From Pyrodictium abyssi (GTDB lineage Archaea > Thermoproteota > Thermoprotei_A > Sulfolobales > Pyrodictiaceae): a stretch of DNA of 32,000 nucleotides. The position numbers and the translations under genes were made by a program. Shown here in pieces: positions 10,122 through 19,228 of this stretch. The stretch spans positions 1,170,001 through 1,202,000 of the forward strand of contig NZ_AP028907.1 in assembly GCF_036323395.1 (NCBI RefSeq), in the 5' to 3' direction. The notes below the pieces were generated by a model. That model did no database searches. It was not told the origin of the DNA and saw only the letters and a program-made list of their open reading frames with translations. Positions within the stretch are counted from its first letter, which is position 1. Every line of letters begins with the position of its first letter.

Positions 10122-11129
10122 CTAATTCTCTGCTATGTTATTTGGATGCTGTTTAAGCGATTCTACTAGCTCTTTCACCTTTTGCCAGCATAGGTATTCT
10201 CTCGACAGTCTAGCCAGTTCATTATCTATGTTGGCTACTTCTTTCCAGTCCACACAGCGCAAATATTGGTCATTAGCTAAATCTATGGAAAAGACCCTTA
10301 GGACAAGATATGTGATTATTCCACTGACATCGATAAACTTGTTGAGGTATTTCAGCAGGTATTCGGGAACGGGTTCAAGTTCTATCCAATCCCTATAGGT
10401 AGCAATTCTAGCACCCGTCTCCAAGAATCTGGGATGAACACGGTGTGCATGTCCAGAGAGTTCGCTGTAATAGTCATGTATTATTTTAAAAAGATGGCCA
10501 TCTATAATGCCCCAGTTCTTTAACTGTTCTAGAAGCTTGGCGAATGCAGCACTTGGATTAAAATCTGTCAGCTTACTTTCCATTAAGTCAAACAAGTATG
10601 CTGATGGTACAATTCTACTATCTCCTATTTCTTTCTCGATAAGCTCTAGCAGCTCTTTAAAGCTCTTAGCAGCTTTAAAGCCATTTATCTTCTTCAGATT
10701 CACTGCATTCTTACGGTATTGCGGTATTGCCAGTAGGTCAAAGATTATGCCACGGATAACACTCTCTAGCGCATTACGCAGTTCGCTGAAAGCTACACTG
10801 TAATAGCCTGTAAGAGCTGATAGAAGAGAATACCTCATAAGCATTACAGCATCATAATGATAGACTATTAGTGCTGTATGTAGTTGCCAAAACTCGTTGA
10901 AGATCTCCTCGTTGCATACATTTTTTGAAGGCATAAGACCAACAATTAATTCTCCAGAGCTGTTCATTGCACTCATTAAGTTATCAATTATCTCAGCCAC
11001 GCTCAACGTGCTATAAACCGATGGTAAAGCCTCAATATTATCGCTCACTTTGCTAATGTGAGTGCTCATATTTTTTGAATATGTATAGTACAAAATCGGT
11101 AATTCGTGCAAGCTTACGTAAAGTTTCAT
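10122..11129 (-). CDS. Hypothetical helical protein, possibly HEPN/DUF5677-like
   Basis: 335-aa ORF; YYSVAFSELRNALESVIRGIIFDLL and YYSELSGHAHRVHPR motifs; AT-rich codon usage. Confidence 0.7.
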   Translation of the reverse strand: MKLYVSLHELPILYYTYSKNMSTHISKVSDNIEALPSVYSTLSVAEIIDNLMSAMNSSGELIVGLMPSKNVCNEEIFNEFWQLHTALIVYHYDAVMLMRYSLLSALTGYYSVAFSELRNALESVIRGIIFDLLAIPQYRKNAVNLKKINGFKAAKSFKELLELIEKEIGDSRIVPSAYLFDLMESKLTDFNPSAAFAKLLEQLKNWGIIDGHLFKIIHDYYSELSGHAHRVHPRFLETGARIATYRDWIELEPVPEYLLKYLNKFIDVSGIITYLVLRVFSIDLANDQYLRCVDWKEVANIDNELARLSREYLCWQKVKELVESLKQHPNNIAEN

Positions 11130-11190
11130 CCTCGTTCTTATTATTGTTACTCCGTAGCTCCACAGCTATCCCTAAGCTCTTTATAGACAA

Positions 11191-11220
11191 CCAAGAAGCT
11201 ATATTTAAATTTTATAGTAT
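11191..11220 (-). promoter_or_regulatory. Candidate archaeal TATA element for the 10122..11129 gene
   Basis: Minus strand reads ACTATAAAATTTAAATATAG upstream of the ATG at 11129. Confidence 0.4.
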
Positions 11221-11467
11221 AATTTCCTCGATTACTCTGTAAAAGGGCTCATACAAGGACAAGGGATGACCGTATAATGGTTCCGTATAATGATAGGAAA
11301 CCACGAGACACTTAGTCTGACGCTTTAGAGTCCATAATCTGCAGAATCTAGCTCTATGCACGATACGTCGGTAACCGGGATGAGCTTGAATGAAATAGCC
11401 CTGTAAGAATCCAAGAAGCTAGATATCAGCTTACAAGCACTTCATGTTATAATGATTGGCGTGATTC

Positions 11468-11863
11468 TTATAATGAGCTTTTTATCCTTAACGCTGGCCC
11501 TAATTGATAGCACATTATAATTCTTCTCGAGTTGTCTAGCATGATTTTTAGGGTGATAATGTTGAGGGCTTTCCTGGAGGCAAGTAATGTCCCAGCCAGC
11601 AGGCTGGCTAGGAGGAGTTTAGCAGCCGTTTGGATGTAGCTGGCCTTTTCTACTAGCTGACTATAGGCTTCTGGTCGAAGACGCCGTGCTACATTGTCTA
11701 CGAGATGTTGTGCTACATGCTCGTCGAGGACCAGAGCGCTAGAATAGAGTGCCCTCATAGCATAGCTTTTGCCGGTATTCGGTGGGCCTAGGGGCAGGGT
11801 CACGTCTCCTAGCGATAGCTCTGCGCTTCGGACGGGGCCGAAGTTCTCTAGGATAAGCTTCAC
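11468..11863 (-). pseudogene. Truncated AAA ATPase (N-terminal P-loop region only)
   Basis: From GTG 11863: VKLILENFGPVRSAELSLGDVTLPLGPPNTGKSYAMRALYSSALVLDE; typical SMC/RecF-like N-terminus, no Walker B or signature downstream. Confidence 0.65.
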
Positions 11864-12303
11864 TGGAGGTTCCCCTGCATATAGCCGCTGCACTCCTAGC
11901 CCTACCGGGCAGGGGCGACGCCCTATCAGCCTACCGTCACGCTCACAGCATGCCATTCTCCTGGGCGGTACATGAGACAGCATAAGCAGAAACCTTCTAA
12001 GGGTACATGAGGAGCGACTATCCTGTAGCTTGGGTTATTGCCCTTCTCAGGGCCGTCTCAGAGGACTGGTACCTAACTAAACATGGCTCTAATCTATGCC
12101 TAGCTCCTTGCTTGGCCCCGACAACAGTCAGCCGGCCAAGTGCGAACCGTAGCCTGATTCCCGGATGATGGGCGGGCTTAATTTGCGGGACTTTTTTATA
12201 GCAGATCCTGGCAACTGGTAATGAAACGGATGAGATGCATGCATGAGATAATGTTGGTAAGGCTGAGCACTTAAGGGATGTATCCGATGAGCTTGATTCA
12301 CTT

Positions 12304-13038
12304 GTGGAAATGGAGTATGGGCTTGTATGGGCTGCATGCAAGTATGGTCTAGAGAATTTCAAGTACGCGGCGAGGAATGCTCGTGGGTTTATTCAGTCTT
12401 GTAGCGAGCTATCGGATACAGTTGAAGAGGTCTTCATGAAGTATTTTGTTGATATCGAGGATAACCTAGTAGGGGAGACTGTAACGCCTGCGGCACTACT
12501 CTACGTTATCGTGCCTCTAGGGTTTTTGTCCTATGTTTGCACGGTGGCTCTTCATGGCGCGTTGCCTTATGCAGCGGCTGGCCTAAGGCTTATTGTTGAA
12601 GCATTAACACTATCAGTATATGTTGATACTAAGTTTCCGGATAAAAGCTATGAGGAAAAACTAGACCTAATGTCAGAGAAGTATAATACATTTAGTGCCG
12701 TTGCTGAGGAGCTAAGAAGGTATGCAAAGATAGATAATAGACTTATAGATGACGTTATTACTGTATGGCGTGAAACATCAGCCTATCTCCACTTTGTTAA
12801 TCGTGCCCGAAGGGCTGGTGCGAAAGGCATACTCCGCCTAGTCGAGAAATATGTAGAGGAGCACGGTGCTCCTCCAAGCGGCTTCACTATACCGTTGCCA
12901 ACAGAGTTCCTCTTCGAGCATGATGCCAAGGAGCTAAGAAGGCTGGAAGAACTAATTAGATTAGTTACCAAGATTGTGCCTGGACTCCTTGAAGCCTGGG
13001 CAAGAACGCTCAGAGAGCACAGAGCTGGAGCTAACTAG
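12304..13038 (+). CDS. Hypothetical helical protein, paralogue of 13255..14037 (possibly HEPN-like)
   Basis: 244-aa ORF; LRLIVEALTLSVYVDT and AYLHF...LVEKYVEEHGAPP align with the next gene. Start GTG 12304 or ATG 12310. Confidence 0.75.
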   Translation: MEMEYGLVWAACKYGLENFKYAARNARGFIQSCSELSDTVEEVFMKYFVDIEDNLVGETVTPAALLYVIVPLGFLSYVCTVALHGALPYAAAGLRLIVEALTLSVYVDTKFPDKSYEEKLDLMSEKYNTFSAVAEELRRYAKIDNRLIDDVITVWRETSAYLHFVNRARRAGAKGILRLVEKYVEEHGAPPSGFTIPLPTEFLFEHDAKELRRLEELIRLVTKIVPGLLEAWARTLREHRAGAN

Positions 13039-13203
13039 TTCTCCTATTCTTGGTTATGGCCGGAGACCGATACTGGATAACATCGGTGGTTGCAGTTACA
13101 AGTGAGTTTGTTGAAGAGTCACTGAGAAGAACTTGATTGATGCAAGCGTGTTATTCACTGTGTAGCTAGTCTCTAATAGCTGATAGGCTGATAGTATGTA
13201 TTG

Positions 13204-13218
13204 TGAAAAATATAAATA
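13204..13218 (+). promoter_or_regulatory. Candidate archaeal BRE/TATA promoter
   Basis: TGAAAAATATAAATA about 40-50 nt upstream of the 13255..14037 start. Confidence 0.5.
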
Positions 13219-13254
13219 GATAAGAATGCTAGCTAGATACTGTCAAGCCGTGAA

Positions 13255-14037
13255 GTGTATACATGGCTGGAGGGATCTGATGGGATGAAGTTAAAGGAGG
13301 AGCGTGGGGAGTTTGAGCAATTGAAGCGCTTTTACGTTGAGAATAGCTGCGAGGTAGCGCATAGTAACTTTAACTACATCCTTAAGATTGATAAAGGCTT
13401 GATCATAGCCTGTGACGAGTTCTATGAAATATGCATAGAGTTGTTTCTCAAGTACTTTGTATACATAGAGGAAAGTATAAAGGGAATCGACCCGGAGACA
13501 TACTTTAAGAGATATCTCCTGCCCTCCGTGCTTTTCTACATAGTAGCGCCGTTTCCTGGCTATGTGTGTACAAGCATACTCCAGGCCGCAATACCCCTTG
13601 CATACTTTGCGCTTAGGCAGATACTTGAGGCAATTACAATAGCCGTGTATATGGACACATGTCCGAGGTACAAGAACCTAGACTATGAAAGAAAGGCAAG
13701 GGAGGCCAGAAGGCTCACATTCTCTGATACACTTGGCTACTTTGAGCGGATAGACAGAGGACTCGCAGAGAACCTCAGAAGACTCTACGGTCTCCTCTCG
13801 AGCTACATACATCCCTTTGCCAGGAAGGGCCTGGGAGGTCTTGTGAGCCTTGCCGACAGATCGCTAGACGAGCATGGTATTCCTCCAACCTTCGCAACTG
13901 CATTTGCATTATCAAAATACACGGGAGGTAAGGCCGACGAGACTGAGCTTGCCAGGTTAAAGAAAACGATATATGAGACAGCTAGGCTAGTCATAGAACT
14001 AATAAACGTATGGCTCATGTACATTGCCAGAGGGTAA
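13255..14037 (+). CDS. Hypothetical helical protein, paralogue of 12304..13038 (possibly HEPN-like)
   Basis: 260-aa ORF; LRQILEAITIAVYMDT and SSYIHPFAR...LADRSLDEHGIPP align with the preceding gene. Confidence 0.78.
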   Translation: MYTWLEGSDGMKLKEERGEFEQLKRFYVENSCEVAHSNFNYILKIDKGLIIACDEFYEICIELFLKYFVYIEESIKGIDPETYFKRYLLPSVLFYIVAPFPGYVCTSILQAAIPLAYFALRQILEAITIAVYMDTCPRYKNLDYERKAREARRLTFSDTLGYFERIDRGLAENLRRLYGLLSSYIHPFARKGLGGLVSLADRSLDEHGIPPTFATAFALSKYTGGKADETELARLKKTIYETARLVIELINVWLMYIARG

Positions 14038-14062
14038 CTGCAGAAAACGGGACTGGCATAGT

Positions 14063-15034
14063 TTATATCAGAAAGGTGTGCAGTTCCACGGATAGGTTTC
14101 TTGCTGCTAGGTCTACAGTATCTATTCGTCCCTCGGCTATCAGTTCTAGTAGCTTTTCAGCTGTTAGCTTAGCTTTATCTTCTCTTGTTATCCTCCTAGC
14201 AGCTTCTAGGATTGGTTTTAGGTTATCCTTTGAGAGCGTATGTATTGCTTCGCGTGCCTCTTCTTCAAGATTTTCTCGCAGAGCTCTTGCTAGTAGCTCT
14301 GTCGGTGTTTTGCCGTCTGTGCGTACTATTATTACTGCTATGGGTTTGTCCCGATGATGTCTTGCCAGTAATTTTGCGTAGCGTGCTGCCTGTAGTAATG
14401 GATTATGGCTCGCCGTTGCTATAGTTCCTTCCTCGGGAGTCTTTATTTCAAAAACTACTGCCATGCCAGTACAGTCTACATAAAGGTCTAGCCTTGCTCC
14501 AGTCGCAAAGTAGTGCTCCAAGTTTACAGTTTCACAGTCGGGAGGAAGTAAACTGCAAAGAACATGTTTTAACGCCTCCTTGAATGTCTCTCCGTCAAGC
14601 CTTAGAGTGAAGAGTGTGTCCAAGATTATTATGAGCTTTTCTGCGGTATTGTCTGAGGGTATTAAACTGAGTAGCTGCCCTACATGTGCCGCTACGTCTG
14701 TAGGACTTATTCCCGTCGAATACTGCATAGTATGATGTTGACTTCTGCATCTTACTGTAAGTGCATCCCAAGGTATGCTATCGTAGTGTTGCAGCCTCAT
14801 CACTTTGAGTCCTCTAACACTATGTCTAACAATGTAGGCTTTCCATTTCTCCTCAAGCTTTTCAGCAGCTTCAGGACTTATTGTCTCTACTTTCCTTACT
14901 ATGTTTCTATAGGTCTCTAGGGGCACGCAGACCAAGTCACCTACGTTCTCGCCTAACGATGATAGGATTATCTCAGACAGTGCGAGGTAGAGGGCTGTTT
15001 TGTCAACCGTTTTCCGCCTCGTTTTCCTCCTCAA
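14063..15034 (-). CDS. PD-(D/E)XK-type nuclease-like protein
   Basis: 323-aa ORF; GARLDLYVDCTGMAVVFEIKTPEEGT...LLQAARYAKLLARH matches a D...ExK...Q nuclease core. Confidence 0.78.
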   Translation of the reverse strand: MRRKTRRKTVDKTALYLALSEIILSSLGENVGDLVCVPLETYRNIVRKVETISPEAAEKLEEKWKAYIVRHSVRGLKVMRLQHYDSIPWDALTVRCRSQHHTMQYSTGISPTDVAAHVGQLLSLIPSDNTAEKLIIILDTLFTLRLDGETFKEALKHVLCSLLPPDCETVNLEHYFATGARLDLYVDCTGMAVVFEIKTPEEGTIATASHNPLLQAARYAKLLARHHRDKPIAVIIVRTDGKTPTELLARALRENLEEEAREAIHTLSKDNLKPILEAARRITREDKAKLTAEKLLELIAEGRIDTVDLAARNLSVELHTFLI

Positions 15035-15038
15035 GCGC

Positions 15039-16367
15039 TCATACCTCCGAGGCTATTTCGTTGGCGATTTTTGTCTTGGTAAGCTGTATAGAGTCCCTTA
15101 GTGGTTCGAGGAGAAGGCTTCTGATTTCCTCTCTAATCCGGCTTTCAGACATACTTGAGTAGGTGAACATGGAGAGATTAAGCATGTTTATGCCAAGATA
15201 GTTGTAAGTTGAGTTATTTATAGCTAAGCTTCTAGTCTCGGCCGGCACAGCGCCTACTATTAGATCAAGATCGAGTCCATTGCGTGGCAATCTGAGGGAG
15301 AAGAATGTTATTTGGGGCGTTCCCTTGGCCTCAAGATCGTTAAAGAATTCGTCAGGATCCTTGTAGTTTAGTAGTTGCGCTGCTACTTCTTCTGCTGACA
15401 CCTTTCTATCAGGACCTATTATGCCCCCATACGCTATTATACGATACTTTATCCCACTCACGCGAAGTACAACAGCTTTGCCGCCACGCCTTTTTACTTG
15501 ACCGTATAGGGCTTTCGCCAGCCTATTGGGGCCAATAGCGTTTATAACATCATAACCTGTTAACGTATCTACATCCCTGTTACTAGCATAACGTATTATC
15601 GCTTGAAACGCTGCTGTGAACGTTCTAACTTGTTTGGTTATAATACTTGGCCCATACAAGCGGACCTCTATTCCGCTTATATCGCTATTTGGACTCACTA
15701 AAGCTATTCCAGCAGGCTGGTAGCTTGTGAAACGTATGCTCGGGGAGCTAAGATTTAGAGTCCCTCCTATCGACACTCCAAGGTTTACCACACGTAGAGA
15801 TCCTGAAGCAAGCAGAAGTGGTATCCAATCTCGTCCTCCCACTCTTATATAGGGGCTATCTCGTCTAGTTAAGGGTAGAATCCATAAATTAGTGCCCCTA
15901 TAGCTATACATGAAGCCTCTCTCATAAACTACTAATGCAGCCCTTCTATCTACTTGTCTATTTGTAACGAGCTCTCCTCTATTAACCTCAAATTCCAGCC
16001 TTGTGCTATCAACGGGTTTAAGCGTTGCCTCGTTGCTCGGGAGTATACCTGCAACCATATCATCTATAAGCTCGCTAGGTCTAGCGTTTTGAGGAAATAA
16101 GAATACTATACGCCCTCTTGAATAAAGGTTAAGTTCCTGATTATTCTTAATATCGTCAACTATACTTTGTATGAGGTCCTCTTGGTGTATCTTTCCAAGA
16201 CACTCATACCTACCAAGAGGCCTCTTTTTAATTGATGTATAGCAGTCAGCTAGCTGTTGCAAAGTCTTGGTGGGAGTGGCTTGTTGCAGAAACACATAGT
16301 AGGGTATAGCGTCTGCAGAGAACTTCCTTATTGTGCTGGACATGCCTACCCCTATAGTGGCTAACAC
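15039..16367 (-). CDS. Hypothetical protein of unrecognised family
   Basis: 442-aa ORF ending 4 nt before the nuclease gene start; start may be an internal ATG (MSSTIRKFSADAIPYYVFLQ, near 16343). Confidence 0.8.
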   Translation of the reverse strand: MLATIGVGMSSTIRKFSADAIPYYVFLQQATPTKTLQQLADCYTSIKKRPLGRYECLGKIHQEDLIQSIVDDIKNNQELNLYSRGRIVFLFPQNARPSELIDDMVAGILPSNEATLKPVDSTRLEFEVNRGELVTNRQVDRRAALVVYERGFMYSYRGTNLWILPLTRRDSPYIRVGGRDWIPLLLASGSLRVVNLGVSIGGTLNLSSPSIRFTSYQPAGIALVSPNSDISGIEVRLYGPSIITKQVRTFTAAFQAIIRYASNRDVDTLTGYDVINAIGPNRLAKALYGQVKRRGGKAVVLRVSGIKYRIIAYGGIIGPDRKVSAEEVAAQLLNYKDPDEFFNDLEAKGTPQITFFSLRLPRNGLDLDLIVGAVPAETRSLAINNSTYNYLGINMLNLSMFTYSSMSESRIREEIRSLLLEPLRDSIQLTKTKIANEIASEV

Positions 16368-16448
16368 TATAGGTGAGATATATAATGCTGCAGTACTATT
16401 GAGCCAGCTAGGCCAACTAAGGCGTCTCTAAGTTCCATAGCACCATAA

Positions 16449-16679
16449 TCATCGCATGCATCTACTACCATCCCCTAGAAGCCTCATGGTGGTTTGATCG
16501 AGGCTTACCAGCTCGAGTCTGATTCTCTTCCTGTCTAGCTCGTATTCTCTTGTTGCCTCGGCTTCGTCGGGGAGGGGTTCATCTACGCCTAGAAGCCTTT
16601 CCTCTAGCAGGGCCTCGATCCGCTTCAGCGTAGCCTGGAGACCGCGTATCTCCTCTAGTAGCTGTTTCTCTACAGACAA
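16449..16679 (-). CDS. Small coiled-coil protein resembling archaeal antitoxin-type small proteins
   Basis: EKQLLEEIRGLQATLKRIEALLEERLLGVDEPLPDEAEATREYELDRKRIRLELVSLDQ; acidic linker followed by an 'EYE..LELVSLD' tail as in small archaeal antitoxin-like proteins. Confidence 0.55.
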   Translation of the reverse strand: MSVEKQLLEEIRGLQATLKRIEALLEERLLGVDEPLPDEAEATREYELDRKRIRLELVSLDQTTMRLLGDGSRCMR

Positions 16680-16789
16680 GCTACTAGGGCACCCCGTTGC
16701 TACGGTATGAGCAGGCTCTGGGGGCGGTTAAGCTGCTCCTTCTATCTTCACGTCCTGGCCTCTAGCCTTAGGGAAATACATGGAAACAA

Positions 16790-17545
16790 TTAGAGCAGCC
16801 TAACTATAAACGAGTCCAGGTCTGTGTCCTCCAAGCCGTCTTGTATGCCTGCTATCAGCTCCCGCAGCATAGCCCTCCATGCCGGGTCAGCATTGTCTAT
16901 AAGATGCTTCACCTTCTCCACCACAACTGTCACTCCAGCCTCCTTCACATTTCTTGGCAACTCTCCTTCAACTACCTCATGGCAGTGCTTTCTCACGTCT
17001 TTATCACAGTATTCTACACTAGTAATGGGACTTCTCGGCACTACTAGTGCTATCCAGCATTCCGCACTACATTTCCACGACGCTATGCATATCTTAGGTC
17101 TGTCAGGCCGCCTAATACATAGTGACGCAAAGTACTTACCTCCGTGCTGTATTGGTTGAACTTCTTTATCCTTCTTGTTTCTCACAATGATCTCTTGTAT
17201 GATTTTCCAAAGTCTTTGATAATACTCGTTTGCCCTATCAGTAGGCCTATCTGAATCGCTATCCACTATTACCGCCAGACACACTTCTGCATTAGGGACA
17301 GACCGAATGAATGCTTCAGTGGCTTTAATTATTTCTTTCGTGGCATCCCTTACATTCTTTATCCCTCCGGCTGGATATATAGCAATGCATCCTGCATCGA
17401 GGAAGCATTCCCACATGTATTCTTTTATTTCTTCTATGTTACTGGAATAGTAGAGGTCATAGTTATCCGAGACCGCAGCACCTAAGAGATAGACGTCATA
17501 CAATCCCTCTGTTACTATGATCGCGTATTTACAGCCACTTAGCAA
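16790..17545 (-). CDS. TOPRIM-like protein
   Basis: IIVTEGLYDVYLLGAAV (catalytic-Glu motif) and CLAVIVDSDSDRPTDRANEYYQ (DxD motif); lies 36 bp downstream of the ATPase gene. Confidence 0.75.
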   Translation of the reverse strand: MLSGCKYAIIVTEGLYDVYLLGAAVSDNYDLYYSSNIEEIKEYMWECFLDAGCIAIYPAGGIKNVRDATKEIIKATEAFIRSVPNAEVCLAVIVDSDSDRPTDRANEYYQRLWKIIQEIIVRNKKDKEVQPIQHGGKYFASLCIRRPDRPKICIASWKCSAECWIALVVPRSPITSVEYCDKDVRKHCHEVVEGELPRNVKEAGVTVVVEKVKHLIDNADPAWRAMLRELIAGIQDGLEDTDLDSFIVRLL

Positions 17546-17581
17546 CGCTATGCACCTCCTGCTATGCTATTGACTAGGGAG

Positions 17582-19183
17582 CTATATGCCGCGCAACTCT
17601 ATACCTATTTCCTTTGCCTCTAAGATCTCTCTGCCCTTAAATACTGAGTATACCTCTCCGTTCGACATCAAGACAGTCTTAACCTTGTCGAGAACACCAT
17701 GCCTCATAGCTCTTTTGGCGATAAAGCGTATCAGCTCCATGCTATGAGTGCTGAGCAACACAAGAGCACTAGGATTCTCTTTAGTAGCTCTCGCTATGCT
17801 ATCTGCAAGTACCATTAAGTAGCCTGGGTGGAGTCCAGTCTCGGGCTCTTCAAGGATAAGTACTGTCTGGGGCTGCCTCCTAGCTAGAACTAGACCTGCT
17901 AGCAAGGCTAATAGCAGCAGGGTACCATCGCCGAGTAACGCTGCAGGTATTCTCATACCGTCCTTTCTCAGAAGGACTTCATTCTCTTTAATGATAGGAT
18001 CCTCTAGATTGAGACTTCTGATGCTTCTAATAACGTTACCATAGTCTCTAAGGAGTCCAAGATCATGAACTTTGTCTACTATTTTCTCTAAGGTATTTGC
18101 GCCAAAGATTTCATGGCGGATAACAGTACTTCTTCGAAATACTGTGTAAACATTCCATTCCGTCTTTTCATTGGCCTTTCCATCGTTGAGGTTTACTCTG
18201 TACTGTGCTGTCCATAAGTTATCTATAGTCCTTCTCAGTTTCTTCCATATACACCGCCTAATCATTTTTCCTAGTTCTTTACCTAGCTGGAGCTTAGCGT
18301 AGACTGAATATAAGTCTTTTAATTCAGCTCTCTCTAAGATTATCCCTGTCATATTTATTATGTTACGTACGAAGACTGCTTCAAGATTACTAAGTTCTTC
18401 GTAGTATTGTTTCTCCTTGCTTACACCCATTCTAAAGCGTGGCAAGTATAAGTAGGATGATCCATTCAGCTTTATAACTATGCTATCATCTATGATTGGC
18501 CTAATTATCCTGTTGACATGCTCCCTTAGGGTTAATGCTGCAGATTTTAGGGCAGGCTCACTTTTGTATATACTTCTCGCTAAACTTTCTGGAAGCAATA
18601 TAGGTTGTACTATTTTTTCTATCGATAACCTTTCTTCACAAGTTGATTCTGCAAGATGAGCTATAATGTACCCTATAGTGAACATTATCGTTGTTAACGC
18701 TTCACCCTCTCTAGTGTAGCTAGCAAAGGCTTTTCTGAGACATCTGTATGCTTCGCCTTCACTTGTCAGCTCATCGTAGAGGCTTTCTCTGATTTTTTGA
18801 AGCATCATACATAGGAATTGATTATTTATTGTGCTATTTGGCTTAGCTATCCTTACTATTCGGGCGCCTTGGTCATCCATCTTGAGATTTAGATTTATGG
18901 TTGCCTCTTCTCTGCATGTCAAGTTCAATAGCCTACTTGGGTGCCCAGCGAGCTTGTCGTCTATTATCATGCGGGCTATGTCGTTGCCGAGCCAGTCTTG
19001 TAGGCTAGGTGCTGAGAATGCGAGGGCTAATGCCTCGAGGACTGAGGATTTGCCGGCGTTATTCCTGCCGGTGAGTATAGTTATCGGAGCCAGCTCTAGC
19101 TTAACCTCTTTTACTCCTCTGAAGCACTTGATCTTGGCTACGCCAATAGGGCTATCCTGCTTGGTCTCTTTTGCTTGCTCCAT
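17582..19183 (-). CDS. OLD/RecF-like AAA ATPase
   Basis: VAKIKCFRGVKEVKLELAPITILTGRNNAGKSSVLEALALAF (Walker A) and LLALLAGLVLARRQPQTVLILEEPETGLHPGYLMVLADSI...ALVLLSTHSMELIRFI (Walker B and H-loop). Confidence 0.93.
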   Translation of the reverse strand: MEQAKETKQDSPIGVAKIKCFRGVKEVKLELAPITILTGRNNAGKSSVLEALALAFSAPSLQDWLGNDIARMIIDDKLAGHPSRLLNLTCREEATINLNLKMDDQGARIVRIAKPNSTINNQFLCMMLQKIRESLYDELTSEGEAYRCLRKAFASYTREGEALTTIMFTIGYIIAHLAESTCEERLSIEKIVQPILLPESLARSIYKSEPALKSAALTLREHVNRIIRPIIDDSIVIKLNGSSYLYLPRFRMGVSKEKQYYEELSNLEAVFVRNIINMTGIILERAELKDLYSVYAKLQLGKELGKMIRRCIWKKLRRTIDNLWTAQYRVNLNDGKANEKTEWNVYTVFRRSTVIRHEIFGANTLEKIVDKVHDLGLLRDYGNVIRSIRSLNLEDPIIKENEVLLRKDGMRIPAALLGDGTLLLLALLAGLVLARRQPQTVLILEEPETGLHPGYLMVLADSIARATKENPSALVLLSTHSMELIRFIAKRAMRHGVLDKVKTVLMSNGEVYSVFKGREILEAKEIGIELRGI

Positions 19184-19212
19184 AGCCCTCCCACTCCACC
19201 TACAGGCTACAA

Positions 19213-19228
19213 TGCATTATACCGTTTC
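19213..19228 (-). promoter_or_regulatory. Candidate TATA promoter for the ATPase/TOPRIM/nuclease gene set
   Basis: Minus strand GAAACGGTATAATGCA about 32 nt upstream of the ATPase ATG; a GGGAGGG Shine-Dalgarno-like run lies just before the ATG at 19183. Confidence 0.45.

Noticed and set aside
12018-12362. 114-aa and 69-aa minus-strand ORFs near 12.0-12.4 kb
   Set aside because: Overlap the start of the supported 12304..13038 gene and show no family features.
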